DNA of 64,000 bases from Bigelowiella natans CCMP2755 (lineage: Eukaryota > Protista > Cercozoa): assembly GCA_000320545.1 (NCBI GenBank), contig ADNK01002290.1, positions 186,001 to 250,000 on the forward strand, given 5' to 3'. The position numbers and the translations under genes were made by a program. Shown here in pieces: positions 1 to 10,999 of the stretch (its first letter is position 1; every line of letters starts with the position of its first letter). The notes under the pieces were generated by a model that made no database searches, was not told the DNA's origin, and saw nothing but the letters and a program-made list of their open reading frames with translations.

Positions 1-112
1 AGATGATACTTCATTACAGCGACAATCAATTCTGTTTGTCATAATGGCATAATGCAGTAGAATGGCGGGTGATTTATCCGATAGGGGCTCTGGCACACAT
101 TGAGCACATAAG

Positions 113-1440
113 ATGGGGAAAAAGAGGAGTGCACGAAGTCTCGCCCGTCCTCTAAATAGCTATGCGTCTAAACGGAAGTCCCTCGTCGCTTCGACTGAAA
201 CTAATGTCTGCGAATCTTCACCGTCTCGTAATCCAGCAGCACAAAAGTGCACCATTCAACGGGAAAAGAGGAGTGAAGGCCACATAATCTCGAGGGAACC
301 TCCTCCATCGAAGAAAAGACAACGACACAGCTCCTCCCGTGCAAAGGGAAAGATAAGCCACCTTAGGTGGATTGCGGCAATTATCCTCTCCTCTTTGTAT
401 TGTCAGCAGTATTTCTTCAAGTTCGAGCCAGGTGGTACAACAATATTTGAATACCACCACCGATGAATCAAAAGGAAATGACGGTAAATACTTGTGTGAT
501 AGCATCCACGAACCTTGCAAGTAACCCTGGCTTCCCAGGTTTGAAGTAGTAGGTTGACAGATGCAAAGCTCGAGCATTATTCTCACAAGAAATCATTTGA
601 TCAAATATGAAGGCCCTTTTGGACTCTCGGGAGGTTTTTTGAGCAGATTTGGGCAATTGCCTCCCAACAATGCAGGAATGAATGACATGGGAGGGGGAGG
701 GGGGTATGGTGGTCCTATGGAATTGTGGAGAAACGCTGGGGTGATTCAAAACACACACAAAAAATGCTAGGTAGCATCCACAGAAAAAGGAAATAAACAC
801 ATTTGTTCGAATACGTCTCTGCGATGATAATTTAAAGAAAAGATGAGTTTACATCTTCTTTCGTACTTTCTCAGACAAATAATAATATGCTCTCTCGTCT
901 TGGAGGAGGCGATGAATACTCGAGCAGCAGCCGCAGCAATCCAAGTTATGGCGGCTACATTGGAAACAATCCAAACTACGGCGGTTACAGCTCAAACATC
1001 CCTTCTCCACCACAGCCGCCATTTAACCAGGATCTTCGATATTATGGAGGTCCCGTTCCAGGAGTTGGAGGTGGAAGCGGTGGGATGATGTTGCCCCCAA
1101 ACAGAGGCGGTAAGTAAGTGAGCAAGTAAGAAGTAGCAGTAGCATAGCATCAGAGAGCTACTACGTGCTAATGATTTTATTACAAAAAATATGGCACATC
1201 TGATTCATCATACATCATGAGAGACAATCAATGGAAACATACAATTGACCACATCTCAAATCCTAAATCACACGTTTGACGATATTTGTTCCTGGCTGCT
1301 GTTTATTCACGAATAAAGGCAACGGACCACCCCCCATCCCCCCTCCCCCTGGCCTTGGAGGCGGTGGAGGATATGGAGATTGGAGGGATATCGCATACAC
1401 AAACACAATGCGGTACTACGTGTTTGATGAAGCTTACTAA
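113..1440 (+). CDS. Multi-exon Gly/Pro/Tyr-rich low-complexity protein, function unknown
   Basis: ORF pieces 561-770 and 887-1110 (GGYGG, PSPPQPP) with a GT donor near 1110. A last exon at ~1319-1440 reads GNGPPPSPPPPGLGGGGGYGDWRDIAYTNTMRYYVFDEAY-stop. The 5' exons and start (113) are uncertain. Confidence 0.45.
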
Positions 1441-1641
1441 TTTTACCTTCTTGGCACCAAAAAGAAAGCTAGACGATAAATGGAGAGGGGGGAGAAATTC
1501 TGATCGTTATTCCAAAAATATTATTTATTCATTTGAATTATAAAAGGTTGCCTCTATAAATTTTCCTTCATAGTTAGAGGTGTAAAATTATTGATGTCCA
1601 ACGTAGATAGACTTAATAATTGTGCATATTCTCTGTCATAT

Positions 1642-2863
1642 CTACCTTGTCCGGCTCCTCATTATTATATTCCGTAGACGACTCTACTTATCAATGATGC
1701 ACGATCAGGTAGTAAGATGCTGCAACCTACCATTTCCTACTCGAGCAGCTCATCACGAATCATGAATAGTGTCTGATTTATAGTGTCTGATGTATGTAAA
1801 AAATGCACGTGCATGCTCTCCATAAAATGCAAATATATAGTTCATGGACCAAGTATACCGGCACAATATGCGGAAAAGACTCAAGGTAAAGAAATTATTT
1901 GATGACAGTATCATACTGGGAGGGATGTTGTGTTGAAATTGATATGACTATTATTATCGTCTTGTTGTTGTTGTTGTTGTTGTTGCGTAAAGTGGGTGCT
2001 GTTATTCTCGATGATAACGGTATTCATCTTGGCGTGGCGACTGACTCCTCTATCAACTGTACTCTTGCAGGTACTACTCTAGTAGTAGTAGTAGTAGTTG
2101 TTGTTGTTGTTGTTGTTGTTGTTGTAGTAGACGTAGTAGTGATTAGCAACTTGAGCCAATTATGACGCAGCTTCTACTTTATGAACCTTGTTTTTCTTGC
2201 TCCTCGACTCTCTGTATCGTACTTCTTCGATCTGCTGTAATGGTCATCATCGTTTTTGCTTATTCCTCTTCTATTGTCCCTTCTTTTTCTTTTTCTTTTG
2301 TTTTCTTCTTCGTCGTCATCATTTCTGTGACGATGCACACCAGGCTGCAGGTGTTGTACACGGAGTTCGCTCTCAATTTGAGCTAGTTTATTCCACGCGC
2401 TACTATCAGATTCGAAGGTGTGAATGGTGCTGCATTATCATCAAGTGGTTTTTGTCTTTTGTAGTAATTCACAACCATTCCTGTGCATTATTGTTGCGAA
2501 TGTCTACTAAAATCTCTACCATCTTCTGTCTTCTTTCTTTTCTTTATTGATGATCGTTGGTCAGATATGAGCAAAGCGTAGCAGCCCAGGTATGACCTTT
2601 CGAGGAGGAAAGAAAGAAGGGATATGCTCATTGTTCATGAAATAAATGTCTTTGCTCGGTCTGCATTGGGAGAACTGTTGGAACGTCTTAAGTCAATGGT
2701 GTTTCTTAGCGAAGTATCAATACCTCCTACTCCTACTCGTAGATTAATGAAGCAGCAGCATGAATAGCAACACATTTATCGATTCCGCTCTCTCATGTAG
2801 CTATTGTTATCAACAGGTCTGCGGACTTAGCGACACAGATTCTTTCAACAAGCTATCACGGTG

Positions 2864-2912
<49 letters not shown>

Positions 2913-3864
2913 TCATATTTCTTAATTGCTAAGAGGTTGCATCGTTGTATTACAGCTACTGCGGATATCGCACGGTCCTTCCTCCCCACAATAGAGGTGT
3001 TGCTACTGCTCAGCCTTGTGCTGTTATTTACTCTATTCTAGCAAGTTGTACATGATTCAAGGGAGAGTGATCAAGGGAGATGTTGATGATGAGGCTGCTA
3101 TTAGGGAGCGCTTTTCATAACGATGGTGGTGATGATGAGGTTGATGATGATAAGAAAGAGAACCCGTATTGTTTAACTTTAAACCTGAGTACTACTACTC
3201 CTCCTCCAACTACTATTACTATATTTTCAAAATAACCCTTTCTAAACAGCCCGTTCAAGGATAGAGAAGACGGTTCCTATAATCAACTTTGAGAGGTGAT
3301 AATAATACGAATACTAATAATCATGATATGACCCTCCTGGAGTGGATGCGGGGAGTTTTTCTTCTTCTTCTCTTCTTCTTCTTCTGCCAATCTGAGCTCC
3401 TTTTCTTGCTGTTGCTTCTCATATGAAACCACTCTTCTTATCGTGCATAGATGCTCCACGAGCCCACCCAACGACGAAGATGACATTACGATCTGGAGCA
3501 TGTTTGGTGGACCTCAGCAGCAGCAACACGGTATCAACAACAACAACAACAACATGTCACCAATCTGTACGTGTGAACGGAAGCTGAGAGGGATAATCTT
3601 AGGTTGCCAAACAACAATCATCGTTATCCGCTGTCGTGTTGATCGACATCCTTCTCCGTTGTTGTTGTGATTTGTTTTCCTTTCAGATGGGGGCAGCAGT
3701 AGTTTCCGAGCACAGAGTACTGAATGCATGCAATGGATTCTGGTATGTACATATAGTACTGAATGCATGCAATGGATTTTGGTATGTATGTGAGAAGATG
3801 GGAGAGAGATCAATCCCCTGCACCAATTCACCGAAGAAGAAGGAGAAGAAGAAGAAGAAAGATG

Positions 3865-3943
<79 letters not shown>

Positions 3944-4017
3944 TATATAATATTGAGAGAGTGTGAGGGTAGTGCATTTGATAAGAACATGAGTACAGAA
4001 ATGTAGAATGCTTTATA

Positions 4018-4048
<31 letters not shown>

Positions 4049-4780
4049 GCATAAGCTGATTATGTTTGTTGTGATGTTTGTTCTTGCAACGTATGGGCAC
4101 AATACTTATCCGCTTTAAAGCCTGGAAATGTCTCCCTATATGAAGCTCCAAAGCCCTATGATCGCAGCGTAGAACTGGTGCGTACAACGACAGCAACATC
4201 AGTCTGTGGAATGAGGATGATGATGATGAGGATGAATGTTTTTCTTCAATTGTCTCTGTTCTGTCATCATCACCAAGGTTGCGTTACCTGCTAGGAGTGT
4301 AGCAGTCAGCCGCTGGTTCAAAGGCAGAGGTCTCACACACAAAATTTCAATATTGAGTAACTAATAAAAAAAAAGAAGTACCCTAAGCTTTAAAGCTCCA
4401 TCATGTCTTTTTGAGCTTTAGGTTATCTTCTCACCCTGCCGTCGCATGTATACTTTGTTAAGCTTCTTCCTATGTTGGCCTGTGGTGGTGATGGTTTTCT
4501 TAGCGAATATAACCACCGTTAGACGGAAAGCAGCAGATTTCTTCAATCGGTGAGAAGATGTTTAGACGCTATTAATACCTACTACCTCTGAATCATCCTC
4601 ATTGCTTCTCGCGTCTTACTTGATATTGATTTCTCAGATTAGAGAGAGAAGGTTTTGTCGTTGACCGCACACAATGGCAGCTTTTTAGGTAATTGTTGTT
4701 TGGTATAATTCATTCTAACCATTGCCCACGGGTTGAAATCCACATCTCTTCTCTTTCTTTCGATCAGATACAACGATGCC
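1642..4780 (-). CDS. Probable multi-exon gene, low-complexity protein of unknown function
   Basis: Open minus-strand segments bounded by GT/AG (e.g. TSSHRLKKSAAFRLTVVIFAKK ~4440-4560, HRLMLLSLYAPVLRC ~4100-4210, poly-E/K 3283-3500), separated by microsatellite-filled introns. No recognisable domain; limits approximate. Confidence 0.3.
2869..2904. repeat. (TA)n microsatellite
   Basis: Perfect AT dinucleotide run. Similar runs at 3868-3905, ~58187-58217 and ~60380-60414. Confidence 0.95.
3716..3788. repeat. 39-bp-period tandem duplication (2 copies)
   Basis: agtactgaatgcatgcaatggattYtggtatgta starts at 3716 and again at 3755. Confidence 0.9.
3868..3949. repeat. Compound (TA)n(CA)n microsatellite
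   Basis: Seen directly. Confidence 0.95.
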
Positions 4781-5396
4781 ATTGCGTTTCCAAGGTAAAA
4801 ATGTGACAATAGGAGACATCATGTAGATGCAAAGATAAGAATCCGAGTTTTACTTCTTAGTTCCTGTTTGAATTAGGTATCGTAGGAATGAAATCGCAGT
4901 GCCAGTGCTCAACGTGCGTTCTGTTCTCGGCCATTAATGAAACCCGAATAAATCGCACACACGTATCTGTATGTGAGAGTTAAGCAAAAACAGCATCGTC
5001 CAAGGGGAATGCTTTCGAGAAGCGAACTGGATCCATACAGTGTCGTTCGCTCGCAGAGTACCGAACCGTCCACGGCGAAAGAAAGAAAGAAAGAAAGGGG
5101 ATGCGAAACCTGCATTCTGCTGGCTAGAATTGAGTTTTCCTCAAGTTCAACTGCGTCGTCAGCGGTCTCTGGAGCTCCCCGGTTGTGTTTAGTGCCTTGT
5201 GCTCTTTTTTCTCTGTTGTTTGCCAGGAACTGTTTCTGTGGTCTGACAGGCTGCTCTCATCGCATCGTGTGCAAACAATCCTTGATCTAGCCTCCTCTCA
5301 TGCACGTGCGACAGATGTTCAACCCTGCGCGCGGTGCGTGCTAGCGCTAGAGCGCGTGGAAACATGCACCTTCGTGGCTCGCAATCCTACTTGATA

Positions 5397-6553
5397 ATTG
5401 ATTGTCTGAATTTGTCAGTTCAACTCGACCTGCATGCCAGCGTGGCAGCAGGCCAGCTTGCATTCTGGCACATCCCTGATTGTGCGATGACCAAACGATG
5501 CGAACAATGCCAGAATGCACGCTGGCACGCACCAAACGAAACGTGCAATTTGCATGTCGTTCTTCGTGAGAACGTTCAAAAACACACAAGAACAAGTGGC
5601 AATGAACGCTGACTTGCAGCAAGCACTTCCTGCAATCAGCGCGTTTGCACGTCACGCGCCAGCCTGCTGGCAGCGTGCACCACAACTGGCACAACCAAGG
5701 GCACCACAGTTCCCGCAAGCCACTCACTTGAAAACGTGACGCACAAAAGACAACGCAGGGAAAAACTGCAAGGGAAGGATGCACGGCAAACTAGCAAATG
5801 TGAGACCTTCGTTCAGGAGGTGTGGCTGCACCAGCATGCACCAGCTGGCCAGCGCAACAAGGCAAACGTGCTGACAAACAAGCAAGCAAACGTGATGAGG
5901 AATCACACTGGCACACTTCTGAAGTGTGGCAAGGCACGTTTGCAAAGTGCGAAACACAGTGCCTCGAACCAGCTTCAGTGAGGACTGAAAGGGCAAGTGA
6001 AACTCTGGAACTGAACACCGTTTTGAACGCAACGAACGTGACAAGCCAGCAAGACACTTGCAAAGCACGAAACGCAGTGAAGCGTCCACGTGGATGCGTG
6101 TGCACTCACGTGTTGACAAATGCAAAGACAACGATGAAAAGCTGCACTTCCAAAACGTTGCAAGACGTTCACAGTGCACGAAGCGCAGTGCCTTGTTCGT
6201 GTGAGCTCCATGCAGCCAGCCAGTGAGGACCAACTGAAGACCAGCAGGATTGTGAAATTGGCACACTGCTAGACTAGCCATCATGGAGAAGTGTGACCAA
6301 CAGCAATGTGGCGGACGAGGCAATGCACGTGCTTTGAGCAGGAACTCCCTGAAAGCTGCATCCAAGCGACGATCCACGGTCGGCAATTGACGGTCGGGCA
6401 ACACAAGGGAGAGCTGCACAACGATGTGTCATCACACTTTGCAACAATTTTTCGGCTCTTTGTGCAATTCTCCAACCCCACAAGCATGCCAATTCCCCGA
6501 ACTTCCACAAGCATGGCAGAGTGACAGAGCACTGAACGTTTTTGCCTCAGATT
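5397..6553. other. TpA-depleted domain 1 (probable hypermutated repeat or foreign DNA, origin unidentified)
   Basis: By-eye scan finds only 3 TA dinucleotides in ~1.15 kb, all in CTAG (5791, ~6269, ~6274). TA returns abruptly at 6554. Overlapping Tyr-free ORFs on both strands. Confidence 0.85.
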
Positions 6554-7219
6554 TAATCGGCCTGTAAGTCTTCATAACATTATGCCATTAGATTGACCAG
6601 AAATCTACAATGACGACATCTAAAAAATGTAAAAAAATCGAAGGAAGACATGGTGTAAGATGGTTGGATAAAAATTCGGTGATTTCTGTGGCTACCGTAT
6701 GCGCAGTGGCTCATCTTTCCCGCCGTATTAGAGAAAATCACCGCAGGGATGATAGATTTTTACGCTTTTCTCTTGTCGCAATTCCTCTATCAGCACGAAA
6801 TGAAGACGCAGCAAAAAAATAGCATGTATTTTCGGATCTGATGAAAAATCAAGCGCGGAGCCGATAGTCACAGTTGAAGAAAGGTGTGAGCAGGTGGTGG
6901 TGGAAGTAAATGGAGAAATTCAGTAGCCACAGTATGCGTCTCGCCCCTCGGAATTTTTGCACAATATGATTTAAGTGACCAAAGTCTCTGTTGTAGCATT
7001 TGTCGGCCACGGTCTATTCTTGCAGCACTATTCCTTGTCCAACCACCACAGTGTGCTTCAATTTGAATTAGTGCGAGATCGATGGTGAAACTGGAGAAAG
7101 GGTCCGGGGAATATGAGGGGTATTTAGGGGAAGAGAAAGACGTTTAAGAGTAGTTAGCTACGACCGGTTCATGACGTATGAAATGTTTGTCCTCTACTCT
7201 AACAGACAGCAAAAGAAAC

Positions 7220-9450
7220 ATGATGCGGTCTTTATCCCGAAGGATTCTCCTCAGACCCCAACGATCATTGCGCCACCTCTCGTCCCTCTCGAACCTTCTA
7301 TCCGGATCTATAGCTGAATTAGATCCAGAGATTACTGAGATTATTAATGGAGAGAAGAAACGCCAAACGGAAAGCTTGAACCTCATTCCTTCAGAGGTGA
7401 TAATAATGGTGATGATGATCATGATGGGTGGTGGTGGTGGTGGTGGTGGTGGTAGTTATGGTGTACTTCTTGGAACACGAATACAGGAGTCGTTATTCCT
7501 CTCTAAAATATCTTGCATCAAAACTTGTTAGAACTTCACCTCGAAAGCTGTACTTGAAGCACTCGGATCCGTGATGCAGAACAAGTACTCAGAGGGCTAC
7601 CCAGGAGCTCGGTAATAACAAACGACGAGTACTAGATTGGCTTCTTCTTCTCCTTCTTCTTTTTCTCCTTCTTTTTTTTCTGCTTCTGCTTCTTTTTGTG
7701 TTGACGGATAAATCTGGCTGCTGCTGCTTTATAAGGAGGTGGTGGTGGTGGTGGTGGTGGTTGTGATATATGACGAAACGTGTTTCTACTACTACAAGAT
7801 ACTATGGTGGAAACGAGTTCATCGACCAAGCGGAGACCCTGTGTCAAAAGAGGGCTCTAGAGGCTTACGACCTTGATCCTGAGAAGTGGGGCGTTAACGT
7901 TCAGGTAATGTAACAGTATTATTCCGCAACTGCGAGAAGATAACCACCAAAATACTTTAATATATTCATCTTATTCTCCTAACGATTATACGCTTTCATC
8001 ATGATCCATTATTAGCCAATGTCTGGATCTCCGGCAAACTTTTATGCGTACACTGCTCTCCTCAAGCCTCACGAACGTATCATGTCTCTTGACCTTCCTC
8101 ACGGAGGACACCTTTCCCATGGATACCAAACACCAACGAAGAAGATATCGGCTGTCTCTACCTACTTTGAAGTTCTCCCATATCGTCTAGATGAGGGAAC
8201 AGGTTTGATTGACTATGAAGCTCTTGCAAAGATGGCAACTCTTTACCGTCCGAAGCTTATCGTTATGGGAGCTTCCGCGTACCCACGTCATATTGACTAT
8301 GCGGCAATGAGAAAGGTAATTCAATGAAGTTTGCTTCATAAAGGAGGAAATAAGAAAGGCGTATATAACCGAAGAGATGGATACGTTTGATACCAACCTC
8401 CAAGAAAAAAATCGTTGCGCAAATGATGTTTTATCAACCAACTTGGGTCGTCGTTACATGCTCCCCAAGATCATTGGAGTTGTAATGAACATCAAGATGC
8501 AGCAGCACATAAATTGTACTCACAAATGTGACAATTTCTTGGCATTTCCTTCGTACGGTTTGACAATATGGTCGTGATTCTTTCATGATTCTTTCATCAT
8601 TCATCAGGTTGCAGATGCCACCGGGTCCTACTTGTTAATGGACATGGCTCACATCTCCGGTCTCGTAGCTGGGAAAGCTTTACCTACTCCTTTCGAGTAC
8701 GTGTCAATCAAGCTGACTATGCTGCTTTTTCTTGGAGCAACAACTGATGTGAATGATGTCATATATGCCATCTTGAAGCTTCGTAGTAGAATTTCTCTCA
8801 CCCATTATATATCCGCAATGTCGCACGCCGAGTGCCATTAATTTAGCATCAATATCGCTCGTTGCGTGTTGTGTGTGTGTGTGTGTGTGTGTTTGCATGC
8901 AAGGAAGTAGCCTTCCTCTGATCTTCTTACAGTAATCATCATCATCATCATCATCATCATCTGCTAGATACGCTGATGTGGTTACCACTACAACGCACAA
9001 GTCTCTAAGGGGGCCCCGCGGAGCTATGATCTTCTACAGGAAGGGCGTCAAAAAGGTAGAATATCAAGTGGTTTTGTCATGCAAATACGCCACATGAATG
9101 TTATATAGTCGTTAGTTGGTGGAGGTAGCATTTTGTTCGTCTCTTCCACAAGTTATAGTGTACTAGTAATAATACTGCAAGTATCTAAAAAACAAGGGCG
9201 TTGCGTCATCATTCTGTTACCGTCTCACAACGAGTATCTACCTTAAGAGTAGGAGCAAGATATCTTAGAACTTGAATGCCGACTCCACAGGTAAACAAAA
9301 AGGGAAAGGAAATAATGTGGGACCTTGAACAAAAGATCAACATGTCGGTGTTCCCTGGTCATCAAGGTAAAATATGCACTCATTTCAACCAGATAAATGC
9401 TGCTGAAAGAAGTACCAATATTTTGAGTAGAATCTGCGTACATACACATA

Positions 9451-9482
<32 letters not shown>

Positions 9483-9790
9483 CTTTTATGACTTCTAATG
9501 CATAATAACTGACGTTGGAGTCTTTTGGGCTGTTTGGTTGCTAAAGAACGGACCACATACCGTACAACACATGAAGCAACAAAAATAAAGTTAAACCACA
9601 CTCCTCATCATTTGTTGAAAACAATTAGGAGGACCGCACAACCACACCATTACTGCTCTAGCCGTGGCTCTCAAGCAGGCAAACACTGAGGAGTTTCGTG
9701 AATATCAGGCACAAGTAATAGTCCTGTTAATTTGTACAATTCCCCTCACCACCACTACTACTATACTACTACTATTACTATCCTCATCCC

Positions 9791-9826
<36 letters not shown>

Positions 9827-10562
9827 CAGGTTCTTAAGAATTCTGCTGCAATGGCAAACCGAATGCAAAAACTTGGGTACAGCCTGGTGTCCGGTGGTAC
9901 CGACAATCACCTGATGCTAGTAGACCTTCGTGAGAAAGGGGTTGATGGGGCAAAGGTCGAGAAACTACTGGACCTTGCTAACGTCACAATCAACAAGAAC
10001 ACAGTTCCTGGAGACAAGGTACTACTGGTTCACTACTACACCATTTATCTACCTATCACAATTGTAGTAGTTGAACTCAACGAACCGACCGACCGACCAA
10101 GTTATCTAAATTTCGTACCCACTCGTTTCATAACAAGCACGTTTGCACTACCTTTTTACAATACGTCATCTCAGTCCGCGATGGTGCCTGGCGGGATCAG
10201 AATGGGAGCACCTGCACTCACATCTCGAGGATTGATGGAAAAGGATTTTGAACAAGTAGCAGAACACACACAGCTCTAGTTCGTACCGATGATCATGTGG
10301 TCACCAATGGCGACTGACAAACCACATATTCAGGTTGGAGAATTCGTCCATGAAGGAATTCAGCTAGCAATTGAAATTCAAAAGGAAGCTCCTTCAAGCA
10401 AGGTGGTGTTCTATTCCTTGAAATGTGCAAAGTAATATTCTCATGGAAAATATGCTTTCCCAGCTGAAGGATTTCGTACCATTGCTCGAAAATGATGGCG
10501 TCTCCCAACTCAAGGAAGAAGTGTCGAAGTTTGCGTCTTCATTTCCATCAATTGGGCAGTGA
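7220..10562 (+). CDS. SHMT: Serine hydroxymethyltransferase, mitochondrial type, 12 exons
   Basis: Exons 7220-7396, 7532-7611, 7799-7904, 8016-8315, 8608-8696, 8968-9055, 9291-9366, 9629-9714, 9830-10018, 10175-10255, 10334-10402, 10464-10562, all GT-AG. Motifs [40 protein letters not shown] lysine in [27 protein letters not shown]. Arg/Ser/Leu-rich presequence [22 protein letters not shown]. An upstream in-frame ATG exists at 7178. Confidence 0.97.
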
Positions 10563-10999
10563 TATCCTTAATCCTGAACACTTTTTACATCCATTTGTAA
10601 ACATTCACTTGCATGAATAGAAGAAGCTGTTCTAATCAACACTGTGATGTGGCTCATGATTTTCCCCCTAAATGTGATGTCCATTCATTGGCCTTGAATT
10701 TTTTTGGTTGGTGATGTGAAATGAAGCCCATGCGATTACTTTCCTCGCTGAGGTTCGTCACACGTGCGCTACGCTCGCCTCAAGAAACCCCCCCTGCTAG
10801 CCTGCAGGCTTGTCCCGCCTAGTCGCGCACGCATTGACATGCCAGCATGCTAGCTAGGTAGCATGGCCATGCTAGCATGACAACTGAGTGATCACACACA
10901 ATGTAGCCTCTGTCAGTGTGCATGATGTAGAAATTTGGCGTGGCGTAGCTTGCGATGATGGCACGCAGTGGTGCTGGTCTCTGGGTCTACTAGTCTAGT

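Noticed and set aside
3716-3788. Direct repeats as a possible CRISPR-like array
   Set aside because: Only two adjacent copies with no unique spacer, in a eukaryotic context.
1899-3966. ORFs with poly-V, poly-L, YIYI and HTHT runs (also 56700-60300)
   Set aside because: Translations of intronic microsatellites or antisense low-complexity exons.
5334-6532. Dense overlapping Cys/His-rich ORFs on both strands (also 10913-13770, 16900-18575, 22200-23510)
   Set aside because: Artefact of TpA loss: TAA/TAG stops and Tyr codons are removed, so all frames open. Not counted as genes.
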